Assembly (NCBI RefSeq): GCF_021246445.1
Contig: NZ_JAJQXW010000002.1
Span: forward strand, 310,001 to 374,000
Source of the DNA: Rhabdothermincola salaria
Lineage (GTDB): Bacteria > Actinomycetota > Acidimicrobiia > Acidimicrobiales > Acidimicrobilacustridaceae
Length of the DNA stretch: 64,000 nucleotides
Reading direction: 5' to 3'
Shown: positions 1 to 10,383 of the stretch, one piece after another
Layout: every line of letters begins with the position of its first letter
Position numbering within the stretch: the stretch's first letter is position 1
Notes under the pieces: model-generated
Told to the model about the DNA's origin: nothing
Databases searched by the model: none
What the model saw: the letters and a program-made list of their open reading frames with translations, nothing else
Program-made: the position numbers and the translations under genes

Positions 1-2
1 AC

Positions 3-752
3 GAGATCGACATCGAGATCGGTGGCGACGGACCCATCCCCCTCCCGGAGGGCGCCGTGATGGTGTCGATCCGGGAGTACTACCTCGACTGGCGAGAGGC
101 CGAGCCGGCCACCTTCACCATCGAGTGCCTCGACGACGACGCCGACCAACCCGCACCGCGCCGCACGCCCGGTGAGCTCGGCCCCCGCCTGGCCGAGGGC
201 GTCGACGGGGTCAGCCACTCGCTCGAGTACTGGAACACCTACATGCGCGACAAGGCCGCCGAGCGGCCGCGCAACACCTTCGGGCCGACCTTCGGCCTGG
301 CCAAGGGGCTCGACGCGGCCCGGTACGGCTTCTGCTTCTGGGAGCTCGGGCCCGACGACGCCCTCCTCGTCGAGATCGAAGCCCCGGTGGCCCGCTACTG
401 GAGCTTCCAGCTCTACGAGATGACCTGGTTCGAGCTCATCGACATCACCGAACGGCAGAGCTCGCTCAACCACGCGCAAGTGGCCGTCGACGGCGACGGC
501 CACGTGCGCCTGGTCGTGTCCCACACCGATCCGGGGGTGGCCAACTGGCTCGACGCCGGCGGTCGCGCCGGCGGACTGCTGTCGCTGCGCTGCTTCTGGG
601 CCACCTCCGCCCCCGACGCCCACGCCACGGTGATGCCGGTCGCCGAGGTGGTCGACCACCTCCCGCCGGGCACCGCGACCGTCGACGCCGCCACCCGGGC
701 CGAGACCATGCGGGCTCGACGCCGCCACCTGGCCTGGCGCTTCCGAACCTAG
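3..752 (+). CDS. DUF1214-like domain protein, 5'-truncated by the window edge
   Basis: Frame is open from position 3. 'YWSFQL...RQSSLN...DGDG.VRLVVSHTDPGVANWLD' is typical of the DUF1214 proteins that accompany actinobacterial sulfotransferases. Confidence 0.7.
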   Translation, partial: EIDIEIGGDGPIPLPEGAVMVSIREYYLDWREAEPATFTIECLDDDADQPAPRRTPGELGPRLAEGVDGVSHSLEYWNTYMRDKAAERPRNTFGPTFGLAKGLDAARYGFCFWELGPDDALLVEIEAPVARYWSFQLYEMTWFELIDITERQSSLNHAQVAVDGDGHVRLVVSHTDPGVANWLDAGGRAGGLLSLRCFWATSAPDAHATVMPVAEVVDHLPPGTATVDAATRAETMRARRRHLAWRFRT

Positions 753-759
753 GGGATCG

Positions 760-1527
760 ATGCGCGGACGCATGGACGGCAAGGTGGTGCTCGCCACCGG
801 CAGCGCCCGCGGCATCGGGCGGGCAGTGGCCCGCCGCATGGCGGTCGAGGGCGCCCGTCTGTGGCTCAACGACATCGACGACGGTCTTCTCTCGGTGCTC
901 CTCGAGGAGCTGCGGGCCGCCGGCGCGGAGGCCGACGGCATGGCCGGCGACGCCGCCGACTCCTCGTTCGTCGACCAGTGGGTGCAGGGTGCCATCGACC
1001 GGTTCGGGCAGCTGGACGTGCTCTACAACAACGTCGGGGTCTCGCGCGAGGGGCTCGTCGGCGACCTCACCGACCGCGACTGGCGCTTCCAGCAACGTCT
1101 CACCCTCGACACCGTGTTCTTCGCCACCCGGGCGGTGCTGCCCCCCATGGTCGAGCGGGGGCGGGGCTCCATCGTCAGCATGTCGTCGGGCGCCGGCATC
1201 GGCGGCCAGTACGGGCTGGGCGGCTACGCGGCCGCCAAGGCCGGGGTCATCAACCTCATGGAGACGGTGGCCATGGAGTACGGCCCGCAGGGCATCCGCG
1301 CCAACGCGGTCACGCCAGGCCCCACCGCCACCGCCCCGCTCCTCGCCTACCTCGAACGCCAGCCCGGCGGGGTGGACGCCCACACCAGCGGGCTCGACCT
1401 GCGGCGGCTCAGTCAGCCCGAGGAGGTGGCCAACACCGTGCTGTGGCTGGCGTCGGACGAGTCGTCGAACATCACCGGCATCTGCGTGCGCAGCAACATC
1501 CGTGCTGCCAGCAACCGGCCGGACTGA
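760..1527 (+). CDS. SDR family oxidoreductase
   Basis: TGSARGIG, NNVG and YAAAK motifs. Confidence 0.9.
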   Translation: MRGRMDGKVVLATGSARGIGRAVARRMAVEGARLWLNDIDDGLLSVLLEELRAAGAEADGMAGDAADSSFVDQWVQGAIDRFGQLDVLYNNVGVSREGLVGDLTDRDWRFQQRLTLDTVFFATRAVLPPMVERGRGSIVSMSSGAGIGGQYGLGGYAAAKAGVINLMETVAMEYGPQGIRANAVTPGPTATAPLLAYLERQPGGVDAHTSGLDLRRLSQPEEVANTVLWLASDESSNITGICVRSNIRAASNRPD

Positions 1528-1533
1528 ACCCGC

Positions 1534-2307
1534 TCAGCGCAACATGATGGCGCCGCCGTCGGCCATGATCGTCTGGCCGGTCATGTACCGGCAGGCGTCG
1601 GAGAGCAAGAAGGTCACGATGGGGGCGATGTCGTCCTCGGCGTCGCCGTCGCGGGCGATGGGTTGGTTGGCGAAGGTGGCCGCGAAGATCGCCGCTCGCT
1701 CGGGATCGTCGCCGGGCGGGGCCCGGTGCGCCACCGACACCGGGCAGACGCAGTTGACCACGATGCCGTGGGGGCCCCATTCGCGGGCGGCCACCCGGGT
1801 GAGCCCCCGGATGGCCTCCTTCGACGAGGCGTAGGGCCCGTACCCGGCGGCCCCGTTGAGCCCGCCGTTGGAGCCCATGGTGACGATGCGCCCCCAGCCC
1901 TGGTCGCGCATGAGGGGGAACACGGCCTGCATGGCCCACAGGGTGCCCTTGGGTCCCGTGTCGTACAGCAGGTCCATGTCGGCCTCGGTCACGTCCTCGA
2001 GCGGGGTGACCGACCGGAAGCTCTGAGCGTTGGCCACCAGCCCGTCGACCCGGCCGAACCGCTCCACCGTGCGGGCGGCCAGCTCGAGCATCCCTTCGCG
2101 GTCGGCCACGTCCACGGCCACCGCCAGGTGATCGATGTCGAGGTCGTCGAGCTCGCTCGACAGCGCGTCGAGGCGCGCCTGCTTGCGACCGGTGACGACC
2201 AACCGGGCCCCCGAACGCCCCAGGTGGTGCGCCAGCCCTCGCCCGATGCCCCGGGAGGCGCCGGTCACGACCACCACCCGTCCGGTCACGTCGGTGTCGA
2301 CGGTCAA
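1534..2307 (-). CDS. SDR family oxidoreductase
   Basis: TGASRGIG and YASSK motifs; TTG start overlaps the upstream stop. Confidence 0.9.
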   Translation of the reverse strand: MTVDTDVTGRVVVVTGASRGIGRGLAHHLGRSGARLVVTGRKQARLDALSSELDDLDIDHLAVAVDVADREGMLELAARTVERFGRVDGLVANAQSFRSVTPLEDVTEADMDLLYDTGPKGTLWAMQAVFPLMRDQGWGRIVTMGSNGGLNGAAGYGPYASSKEAIRGLTRVAAREWGPHGIVVNCVCPVSVAHRAPPGDDPERAAIFAATFANQPIARDGDAEDDIAPIVTFLLSDACRYMTGQTIMADGGAIMLR

Positions 2308-3029
2308 CGCTCCTCCTCGTGGTGCCCGGCGTGCCGGTCGTCGGTGGGGGGTTCGCGGCGCGCCGCCACGTAGACGGCGCTGGCCTCGACCACGACCGCC
2401 CCGCCGACGAGCACCTCGCCCGTGGCGTAGCTCTTGCGTCCCTCGTGGCCGGCGTAGCGACCCACCAGCTCCACGGACGTGTCGACCGGCGTGGCCCCCT
2501 TGAACGACACGGTGAGCGACACCGTCAACCCCGAGACGCCCGAGGCGGTGACGGCGTTGCCCAGCACCTCGTCGAGGGCGGCGGCCAGCACCCCGCCGTG
2601 CACCCGGCTCGGCGAACCGGCGTGGGCCGCGGTGAAGACGCAGCGGGCCCGCACCTGCGCCGGCACCGGCTCGGCCCCCGCCGGCGGCTCAGCCGGCCGT
2701 TCGATCCACTCGATGGGTGGGGCCTGCGGGTTGAGCCGCCCCGAACCGGCCTGCAGGAGGCTCTCGAGCCGTCCATCCGGATGGCGCACCAACCACAGCG
2801 GCGCCTCGCGTTGCTCGACCCTGAGGGTGTCGGCCACACGGGCGAGGGTCCGAGCGGCCTCGGCCCGCAGGTCGTCGGCCACGTCGGTGAGCACGACCGC
2901 CTCCACCAGCTCACGGGTGCGAGCCACCAGCTCGTCGGCCGAGGGCGGCAACGACTCGGGGCCGGGGAGGGCGTCGCCCATCTGCTCGGCCAGGCGGGCG
3001 GCCGAGAGGGGCCCGGAGCTGTCGCTCAC
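2304..3029 (-). CDS. PaaI-family (hot-dog) thioesterase
   Basis: HAGSPSRVHGGVLAAALDEVLG motif; 4-nt overlaps with both neighbours. Confidence 0.8.
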   Translation of the reverse strand: MSDSSGPLSAARLAEQMGDALPGPESLPPSADELVARTRELVEAVVLTDVADDLRAEAARTLARVADTLRVEQREAPLWLVRHPDGRLESLLQAGSGRLNPQAPPIEWIERPAEPPAGAEPVPAQVRARCVFTAAHAGSPSRVHGGVLAAALDEVLGNAVTASGVSGLTVSLTVSFKGATPVDTSVELVGRYAGHEGRKSYATGEVLVGGAVVVEASAVYVAARREPPTDDRHAGHHEEER

Positions 3030-4336
3030 CGGCTCGATGCTCCGGGCACCGGCGAGGCGGCGGGGTCCTCGACCGGGACCCCGAAGACCTCGACGTAACG
3101 GCCGAAGCGCTGTCGTTCGGTGACGGCGTCGAGGCCGAGGTCGGCGAAGGCGTACCGGTGCTCGCCGTGGGCACCGAGCGGCGTGGCGGCCACCGCGGCC
3201 ACGACCGCCGCCTCGTCCTCGGGTGGCAGCGGGAGACCCAGCCCGTCGTGCACCCCCCGGGCGGCGGCGACGGTGTCAGCCACGATGTCGGCGTGGTGGG
3301 CGTGGTGGGTCCTCACCGGATCGAGCGAGCCGCCGCCCTCGGCGGCGGCCAGCGCGTCGAGGGCACGGCCGTAGAGCTCGGCGTGGTATCCCCCGATCTC
3401 ACCGAGATCGACGCGGTCGCTGTGCGCCCACCGCAGCGTGGCCACCAGGCTCGAGACCGACGGCAGGATCTTCAGGGGGTCGCGATGGGTGACCACCAGG
3501 CGGGCATCGGGGTACACGGCGAACAGCTCGTCGAGGGAGTGCAGGTGCACGGGCGACTTGAGCAACCACTGCACCGGCCCGAAGCGACGTTGGAGCACCT
3601 GCAGGACCAGGCGGTGCACCTCGTACGCCGGCGCCATGTCGGCCCGCGCCAGGTGGGCCACGTAGGACGGCACGTGGTACCGGGCGGTGAACTCCTCGGA
3701 CAGGAAGGCGAACGACATCGCCGAGAGGCACTCCTTCGGCATCCGTCCGGCGTAGACGTGGATGGCGTCGAGACCCGAGGAGATGGCGTTGAGCCGGCGG
3801 AGCTCCTCGTCGGCCAGCGCCACCCGAGCGACGTCGGGGAACCGGTCCGGGTCGGGCGACGGCACCGGACGCAGAAGCTCCCACCCCTCGGGGGCCCGTA
3901 GGCCCGGTTCGGCGGCCAGGGCGCCGAACAGGGCGGTGGTCCCGGTGCGGGGGGCGCCGGTGACGACGATCGGCGCCTCGACGACCTCCTCGCGCACACC
4001 GGGATCGACACGCACGTGGGCAGCCAGCTGGAAGCGCACCTCGAGCAGACGCAGGAGGAAGCGCCGCGTGGTCCAACGACCGACGACGGTGAGCTCGGCT
4101 TCCTCGTCCAAGGCCTTCAGCACCACGTCGAGCGGTTCCAGGAACCGGTCGTCACCGTCGATCGCCCCGACGCCGGCCTCGGGCCCGAGGCCGAGCCGGG
4201 CCCGAGCCTCCCCGAGGAGGGACTCGCGGGTCAGCGGGAGGCGAGCCTCGTCGGTGATCGGCGCCACGTCGCCGCGGTTGGCGGCCTGCACCCAGTGCGG
4301 TCTCGGTCCCGGGTCCCAGCCCTCGCTCAGCGTCAC
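3026..4336 (-). CDS. Sulfotransferase family protein
   Basis: PAPS-binding GAPRTGTT, WLLKSPVH and THRDP motifs. Confidence 0.88.
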   Translation of the reverse strand: MTLSEGWDPGPRPHWVQAANRGDVAPITDEARLPLTRESLLGEARARLGLGPEAGVGAIDGDDRFLEPLDVVLKALDEEAELTVVGRWTTRRFLLRLLEVRFQLAAHVRVDPGVREEVVEAPIVVTGAPRTGTTALFGALAAEPGLRAPEGWELLRPVPSPDPDRFPDVARVALADEELRRLNAISSGLDAIHVYAGRMPKECLSAMSFAFLSEEFTARYHVPSYVAHLARADMAPAYEVHRLVLQVLQRRFGPVQWLLKSPVHLHSLDELFAVYPDARLVVTHRDPLKILPSVSSLVATLRWAHSDRVDLGEIGGYHAELYGRALDALAAAEGGGSLDPVRTHHAHHADIVADTVAAARGVHDGLGLPLPPEDEAAVVAAVAATPLGAHGEHRYAFADLGLDAVTERQRFGRYVEVFGVPVEDPAASPVPGASSR

Positions 4337-4472
4337 CGCCCACGCTCCCCCACCGTTCGGACGCTACCGGGACCGCCCCCACCTCCGCTCGCCCTCCCGC
4401 CGGTGGTGCCTGCTCCGGTCGCTCCGGCCGCTGGGATCGGGGTCGACGACGGCACGGAATACTGTGCCGCCC

Positions 4473-5624
4473 ATGTCCGCCCGCCACCCCCACCACCACC
4501 ACCGCCGTCGTCGTCGGGTCTCCGCCACGCTGGCCACCATCGCCGCCATCGGCTTGCTCGCCGTCGGCTGCGGCGACGACTCCTCCGACTCGACCGGCGC
4601 ACCACCGACGCTCGACGCGGCCCTCACCACTGAGCTGCAGGACGTGGTCGACACGACGGTCGCCGAGCTGGGCGCTCCCGGTGCCGTGGTGGTCGTCGAC
4701 ACGCCCGACGGCCGCTGGGAGACCGTGGTCGGCACCGCCGACCTCGAGTCGGGCACCCCGCTGGAAGGGGGTCTGCGGTGGCCGCTGCGCAGCATCACCA
4801 AGTCGTTCACCACGACGTTGATCCTGCAGCTGGCCGACGAGGGCCTGATCTCCCTGGACGACCCGGTCAGCACCTGGGTCGACGGGATCCCCAACGGCGA
4901 CGCGGTCACCGTGCGCCAGCTCGCCACCATGACCAGCGGCCTCGCCGACTACACCAACGAGGCGTTCATCGACGACTTCGTCGCCGATCCCGAGCGCCAG
5001 TTCACGCTCGACGAGCTCATCGCGTACGGCGCCCAGGACCCGCCGGTGGCCGAGCCGGGCGCCGAGGCCGTCTACACCAACGCCAACACCAACATCCTCG
5101 GTCGCATCGTGGAGCAGGTGACCGGCCAGCCCTTCGACGAGGTGCTCGACGAGCGCATCCTCGAGCCGCTCGGGCTGGACGACACCGTCTACCCCACCGA
5201 CCCCGACCACGGGACGAGCGCCGTGGTGGGCTACCAACCGGGAGACGGCGGCGGCCTGGAGCAGCAGCCGGTGAACTTCTCGGTGTTCGGTCCGGCGGGC
5301 GCCATGATCACCACCACCGACGACCTGCTGGTCTGGGCGGAGGCGCTGGCCACCGGCGAGCTCGTCGAGCCCGAGACCCAGCGCGTGCGCCTCGAGGGCC
5401 AGGTCCTCGAGGAAGGTCCGGAGTACGACCTCTACGCGTTCGGCATCGGCGACCTCGAGGGTTGGTGGGGGCACACCGGTGAAGGTTTCGGCTTCACCGC
5501 CCTCGTCATGCACGACGAGGAGACCGACACGTCCGTCGCCATCTTCATGAACGCCTCCAACCTCGAGAGCCACGGGCCGACCACCCTGTTCCGCCGCCTG
5601 GCGCCGCTCCTGAGCGGCGACTGA
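4473..5624 (+). CDS. Serine hydrolase / beta-lactamase-family (PBP-like) lipoprotein
   Basis: SxxK (SITK), YxN (YTN), GHTG; lipobox LAVG-C; TACTGT lies 7 nt before ATG 4473. Confidence 0.85.
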   Translation: MSARHPHHHHRRRRRVSATLATIAAIGLLAVGCGDDSSDSTGAPPTLDAALTTELQDVVDTTVAELGAPGAVVVVDTPDGRWETVVGTADLESGTPLEGGLRWPLRSITKSFTTTLILQLADEGLISLDDPVSTWVDGIPNGDAVTVRQLATMTSGLADYTNEAFIDDFVADPERQFTLDELIAYGAQDPPVAEPGAEAVYTNANTNILGRIVEQVTGQPFDEVLDERILEPLGLDDTVYPTDPDHGTSAVVGYQPGDGGGLEQQPVNFSVFGPAGAMITTTDDLLVWAEALATGELVEPETQRVRLEGQVLEEGPEYDLYAFGIGDLEGWWGHTGEGFGFTALVMHDEETDTSVAIFMNASNLESHGPTTLFRRLAPLLSGD

Positions 5625-5718
5625 GCGCGTCGACACGGCAGAACCCAGCCCCGCCGACCACCGACGGTAGGGTCCCACCCGCCGTGGGGGTTCACCTCAC
5701 GCTGTCCGGGAGAACTTC

Positions 5719-5973
5719 ATGCTCATCATCGCCATCGTGGTGCTCGGCGTCTTCGCCGGCTGGCTGGCCAACCTGATCCTCGGCGGCGGGCTGTTCCCGG
5801 ACGACTGGGTCCGGCTGTTCCTGGCCGGCGTGATCGGATCGTTCGTCGGCGGCCTGCTCGTCAGCCTGCTCGCCGGCGACGGTCTCGCCCTGCGCCCCTC
5901 GGGGATCATCGGCTCCATCGTCGGGGCCGTGATCGTGCTGGCCGTCTGGAACGCGGTGGCCGACCGCCGCTGA
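5719..5973 (+). CDS. GlsB/YeaQ/YmgE (transglycosylase-associated) membrane protein
   Basis: 84 aa with 3 hydrophobic segments; G..AGWLA, GVIGSFVGG and IGSIVGAVIVL patterns. Confidence 0.8.
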   Translation: MLIIAIVVLGVFAGWLANLILGGGLFPDDWVRLFLAGVIGSFVGGLLVSLLAGDGLALRPSGIIGSIVGAVIVLAVWNAVADRR

Positions 5974-6037
5974 CTCGGCGACCCCACGGTCGGCGATGCC
6001 GGCGTACGCTGCGGTCGGTCCAGGGACCGGGGCGACC

Positions 6038-7123
6038 TCAGGCGTCGTGGAGGGTCTCGTCGCCACCGAGCTCGACGTCGTCGCAGTAGAACTGCCGGGC
6101 CCAACGACGTTGCTCGACGATCGGCTTCTCCGAGCGGGTCAGCACCGGGTGGGTCCGGTACACCTTGTTCTCCCAGATGGCGATGTCCTGGCTCACACCC
6201 CCGGCCAACATCTCGGCGGCCTCGCGGGCGGCATCGTTGCCGTTGGCCGCCGGGGCGGTGAAGAGCCACCGCACGTGGACGTGCTCCTCGTCGATCGGGG
6301 TCGTCGAGGACAGGAACGTGGTGAAGCCCTCGATGCGGAGCAGACCGAGGCCCAACCCGAACCCCTCGCGCACGAAGGCGCCGTCGCCGCTGACGGTGCG
6401 CTTGTAGGTGCCGTCGACCACGAACTCGGTCTCGGGGATGGCGTCGCTGCCGTGGACGAAGGCGAAGTGGGCGTAGTCCACGTTGTTCTCGGCCATGTCC
6501 TCGGCGGCCACTGCGATCTCGAACTCCAGCAGCACCGGTTCGAGCCACTCGGGGTCCTCGAGCTCGGGCACCTCGGGCACCTCGTAGAAGGGCGCTCCGT
6601 CCCGGGCGTGGTACCAGGCGAAGACCAGGCCGTTGCGCTCGACCACGGGGTAGGCCCGGGTGCGGGCCTTGGCCGGGATCCGGGTGCCCTCGCCGTAGGG
6701 GATCTCGACGCACCGTCCCTCGTCGCCCTCGAACAGCCACCCGTGGAACGGGCACCGCAGGCACTCGCCCTCGACCCGGCCGCCGATGGCCAGGTGGGCA
6801 CCGAGGTGCGGACAGTGGGCGTCGACCACGTGCGCGACACCGTCCTCGCCGCGGAAGACCACGATGTCGCGGCCGAAGTAGTAGAGCGCCCGAACGTCAC
6901 CCGGGGCCAGGTCGTCGGACTCGGCCACCGCGAACCACCCGTTGGGCACCGGGAAGGGGAACCGGCGTCCCGGGCGACGGGTGACCTGGACGCGCCGGCC
7001 GGGATCGGTGAGCAGCTCGGGGTCGCGGGGCATGGGGAACCCGACCGGCATGGCGCCCGCCGGGCCCGGCGCCCGGGTGCTGAACGCACCCAGCAGCCCT
7101 TCCATGCGCTCCACCTCGCTCAC
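6038..7123 (-). CDS. Rieske non-heme iron oxygenase, KshA-like
   Basis: CPHLG...CPFHGW Rieske ligands, ENNVDYAHFAFVH iron motif, QDIAIWENK; GTG start overlaps the amidohydrolase stop (GTGA). Confidence 0.85.
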   Translation of the reverse strand: MSEVERMEGLLGAFSTRAPGPAGAMPVGFPMPRDPELLTDPGRRVQVTRRPGRRFPFPVPNGWFAVAESDDLAPGDVRALYYFGRDIVVFRGEDGVAHVVDAHCPHLGAHLAIGGRVEGECLRCPFHGWLFEGDEGRCVEIPYGEGTRIPAKARTRAYPVVERNGLVFAWYHARDGAPFYEVPEVPELEDPEWLEPVLLEFEIAVAAEDMAENNVDYAHFAFVHGSDAIPETEFVVDGTYKRTVSGDGAFVREGFGLGLGLLRIEGFTTFLSSTTPIDEEHVHVRWLFTAPAANGNDAAREAAEMLAGGVSQDIAIWENKVYRTHPVLTRSEKPIVEQRRWARQFYCDDVELGGDETLHDA

Positions 7124-8346
7124 GAGGCCGCCTCCAGCGGGATGTCCTGCAGAGGCATGTCGCCGTGGATCTCGGCCACCGTCGGCCCGATGCGGTCGAC
7201 GAGGGGTTGCAGGCGCTCGACGTCGAGGCCGTAGACCCCCACCGCGTTCAGACCCAGGATGGCCCGAGCGTCCTCGGCGGACATCGCACCGAAGCGCCGC
7301 CGGACCCGCTCGCGGGTGTAGGGGAACGTGCCCTCGGGATGGGGGAAGTCGTTGCCCCACAAGATGTTGCCCACACCGATGTCGCCTCGGCGGTCGATGT
7401 CGTCGCCGCCCGGGGTGGAGGCGGCGAAGAAGCAGTTGCGGTCGATGTACTCGCTCGGGGCCATGGTGAGGTGCTCCCGGAAGACGTTGCCCAGCTTCTT
7501 GGTGTTGTGACCCCCGACGTACTTCTCGTCCATCTTCTTCACCAGGTCGGGCACCCACCAGGCACCGTTCTCGGCGATCGAGTAGGTCAGATCCGGGTGG
7601 CGCTCGAACACCCCGGACCACAACAGCACCCACAGCGGGCGGGCCGCCCACCACCAGGCCTCGGTGGCGTAGATGGCCATGAAGCCGGGGCCCACCTCGT
7701 AGTCGGCGGGGCCGGCACCGGAGTGCGTGTGCAGGACCATGCCCAGGTCCTCGAGCGTGGACCAGACCGGTTCGTACACCGGGTCGTGGTAGGCGGGGGC
7801 GTCGAACCAACGGGTGGGGATCATCACCCCGGTGAGGCCGAGGTCACGGACGGCCCTGATCTCGGCCACGGCCAGGTCGACGTCGACGGTGATGGGCACG
7901 ACCGCGACGCCAACGCGACGGTCGGGCTCCTCGGCCCGGAAGTCGGCCAGCCAGCGGTTGTGGGCCCGGGCGCCGGCCAGCACCAGCTCGGGCTCGGTGT
8001 CGCGCCCGCTGGCCAGACCCGAGCCGAACGGCGACGACGCCACCCGGCCGGTGCCGAGCACGTCGGCGTCGGGGAACAGGACCTCCACCGCCACGCCCTC
8101 GGCGTCGAGCTTGGTGCAACGTACCGAGCTGTCGTAGGCGGCGGAGAGTCCACCGTCGCCCGTCTGGGCCTCCCATTCGGAACCGAACTCCTCGTCGGTG
8201 GTCCGAGTCAGCTCCCGCATCGCCTCGAGCTCGGCTTGATGGGCGTCGAAGCGCTCGTGGTAGGCCGATTCGAGGTACTGGCGGTACAGGTCGGCCGGGG
8301 GGCCGGCGTGCCCGTCGGCCGAGACGAGCAGGTAGCGATCCTCCAT
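7120..8346 (-). CDS. Amidohydrolase family protein (Amidohydro_2)
   Basis: SADGH at the N-terminus; WGNDFPHPEGTFP at the C-terminus. Confidence 0.88.
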   Translation of the reverse strand: MEDRYLLVSADGHAGPPADLYRQYLESAYHERFDAHQAELEAMRELTRTTDEEFGSEWEAQTGDGGLSAAYDSSVRCTKLDAEGVAVEVLFPDADVLGTGRVASSPFGSGLASGRDTEPELVLAGARAHNRWLADFRAEEPDRRVGVAVVPITVDVDLAVAEIRAVRDLGLTGVMIPTRWFDAPAYHDPVYEPVWSTLEDLGMVLHTHSGAGPADYEVGPGFMAIYATEAWWWAARPLWVLLWSGVFERHPDLTYSIAENGAWWVPDLVKKMDEKYVGGHNTKKLGNVFREHLTMAPSEYIDRNCFFAASTPGGDDIDRRGDIGVGNILWGNDFPHPEGTFPYTRERVRRRFGAMSAEDARAILGLNAVGVYGLDVERLQPLVDRIGPTVAEIHGDMPLQDIPLEAAS

Positions 8347-8429
8347 GGCGGAACCCCTTTCGGCGCCGGACCGGCGCAGGTGCTGGGCGGAGTCGAGGCG
8401 GCGGGTGACAGCGACGGAAGGTGCGGACG

Positions 8430-9302
8430 TCAGCCCAACGGACCGGCGTGGTGGGTGGGCAGCCGGCCCGAGGCGAGGGCATCGGCCCGCCCGTGCAGGG
8501 TGGGGCCCATCGACTGGCGATCGATCATGTGGATGTAGTCACCGGCGGTGATGCCCGCGACCACGATGCGGGCCAGCTCGTCGAGGTCCTGCCACGAGAG
8601 CTCGAAGCCCTTCTGCTCGGCCATGGCCTCGAGCTTGGCCACGGTCATGGCCTCCGTGGGCCGGGGCTTCTCGCGAGCCAGCTCGGCGGGGCGGGTGCGG
8701 TCGGACTCCCACAGCCCGGTGCGCAGCAGACCGCCGGAGGGATAGAAGATCGAGGCCCGCAGGTTGGTGCCCTCGCTCACCAGCTGCTGGGCCAGGCACT
8801 CGGTGAGGGTGGTGACCGCCGCCTTGCTCGACGCGTACACCGATGCTCCGGGCAGGGGCTCGATGCCGCCGTCGCCCGACGAGGTGTTGAGCACGTGGCC
8901 CTCCTCGCCGGCGGCGATCATGCGGGGTACGAAGGCCAGGATGCCGTGGACCACCCCCATGACGTTGACGCCGTGGACCCAGCGCCAGTCGTTGACGGTG
9001 GTCTCCCACACGTTGGCCTTCGGTGCGCCGACGCCGGCGTTGTTGCACAACAGGTGGCAGGCGCCGTAGGTGTCGTAGGTCCGATCGGCGAGCGCCTCGA
9101 CCGACACCGGATCGGACACGTCGGTGACCACACCGGAGACCTCCCCCAGGGCCGACATCTCGGCCACCGCGGTGTCCACCCGCTCGGGCACGACATCGGC
9201 GACCACGACCTTCATGCCCTCGCCCAGGAACGCCCGGCTCAGCGCGGCCCCGATGCCGTTCGCTCCCCCGGTGACCACGGCCACGCGCCCTGCGAGCTCC
9301 AC
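8430..9302 (-). CDS. SDR family oxidoreductase
   Basis: TGGANGIG, NNAGVG, YASSK; GTG 9302 follows a G-rich SD-like run. Confidence 0.85.
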   Translation of the reverse strand: MELAGRVAVVTGGANGIGAALSRAFLGEGMKVVVADVVPERVDTAVAEMSALGEVSGVVTDVSDPVSVEALADRTYDTYGACHLLCNNAGVGAPKANVWETTVNDWRWVHGVNVMGVVHGILAFVPRMIAAGEEGHVLNTSSGDGGIEPLPGASVYASSKAAVTTLTECLAQQLVSEGTNLRASIFYPSGGLLRTGLWESDRTRPAELAREKPRPTEAMTVAKLEAMAEQKGFELSWQDLDELARIVVAGITAGDYIHMIDRQSMGPTLHGRADALASGRLPTHHAGPLG

Positions 9303-9583
9303 GTCTGCTACCCCCCGATGGTGACCGACGCGTCGGGTCGCGCCTGTTCCCCGAGGCAGGACCGACTTTCCGATGGTGCCTAGAAAACTCGCACGGGGTG
9401 TGGCACCCGTCAAGGAGCACGGGCGGGGCCCGGAGCACCACGAGGATCCCTCCTGACGCTCCCTCGACGCGGCCACGGGGGATGGCCACCGCCGCAGCTA
9501 CACCCCGAGCGGCGCGAGACGGCGCCGCCCCGAGCTGGTCGAGAACGATGGGGCCGCAGGTGAGATGCGTAGGGTGAGCGCCG

Positions 9584-10348
9584 ATGCCCGCGTCGCCGCC
9601 ACCGCCGCCCGCCCACGGGCCCACCACCCGGGGCGCCACCGAGGCCAGCTCGCGGCGCACGGGGCGGCCGCCTCGCATCAGCCGGGACCAGATCGTCGAC
9701 GCCGCTGTCGAGATCGGACTGCGCGACCTCACCCTCAAGGCGGTGGCCGACCGCTTGGACGTGAGCGTGGCCGCCCTGTACCACCACGTGTCCGGCAAGG
9801 ACGACCTGCTCCGCCTGGCCGCCGACAGCTCGGCCGGCCGCCTCCGGCTTCCCGAGGACGTGGGCCAGCACTGGGCGGTGTGGCTCCTCGAGTGGGCCGT
9901 CTACACCCGCGAGGCCTTCGTGGCCGATCCCGCTCTGCTCGACCACTTCATCGATGCCGACATCAGCGCCGAGGTGATGGCGCCCCGAATCGAGGTGATC
10001 CTCGCTGCGCTGTCCCGTCAGGGCTTCTCCGCCACCGAGGCCCGGGCGGCCTACGAGCTGGTGAGCGCCCAGGCCATCGGATCGGCCGTGGCCGCCATCC
10101 GTGACGACCGGGCCTGGCGGCGCGGTGACCCGCCGCCTCGGGTCGCGTTGGGGTCCCTGGCCCACCGCAGCCCCGCCGAGTTGCCCGTCATCCGAGCACT
10201 CACCGAGACCGATCCGGTGCCCGAGCCGACCGTCGCCTTCGCCGAGCAGCTCCGTCCGGTCCTGCTCGGGATCGCCGTCCACCGCGGCGACGACCCCCAG
10301 TCGGTGGCCGAGGTCCTCGCCGAGAAGCCGACCGACCGCGACCACTGA
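9584..10348 (+). CDS. TetR/AcrR family transcriptional regulator
   Basis: GRPPRISRDQIVDAA...LTLKAVADRLDVSVAALYHHVSGKDDL helix-turn-helix. Confidence 0.9.
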   Translation: MPASPPPPPAHGPTTRGATEASSRRTGRPPRISRDQIVDAAVEIGLRDLTLKAVADRLDVSVAALYHHVSGKDDLLRLAADSSAGRLRLPEDVGQHWAVWLLEWAVYTREAFVADPALLDHFIDADISAEVMAPRIEVILAALSRQGFSATEARAAYELVSAQAIGSAVAAIRDDRAWRRGDPPPRVALGSLAHRSPAELPVIRALTETDPVPEPTVAFAEQLRPVLLGIAVHRGDDPQSVAEVLAEKPTDRDH

Positions 10349-10383
10349 CGACCCCGACCACTGACCCCCTGGTTCTTGCACGA

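Noticed and set aside
4473..5624. Bona fide beta-lactam resistance gene
   Set aside because: The motifs fit the broad serine hydrolase/D-Ala-D-Ala peptidase family; activity cannot be inferred from them.
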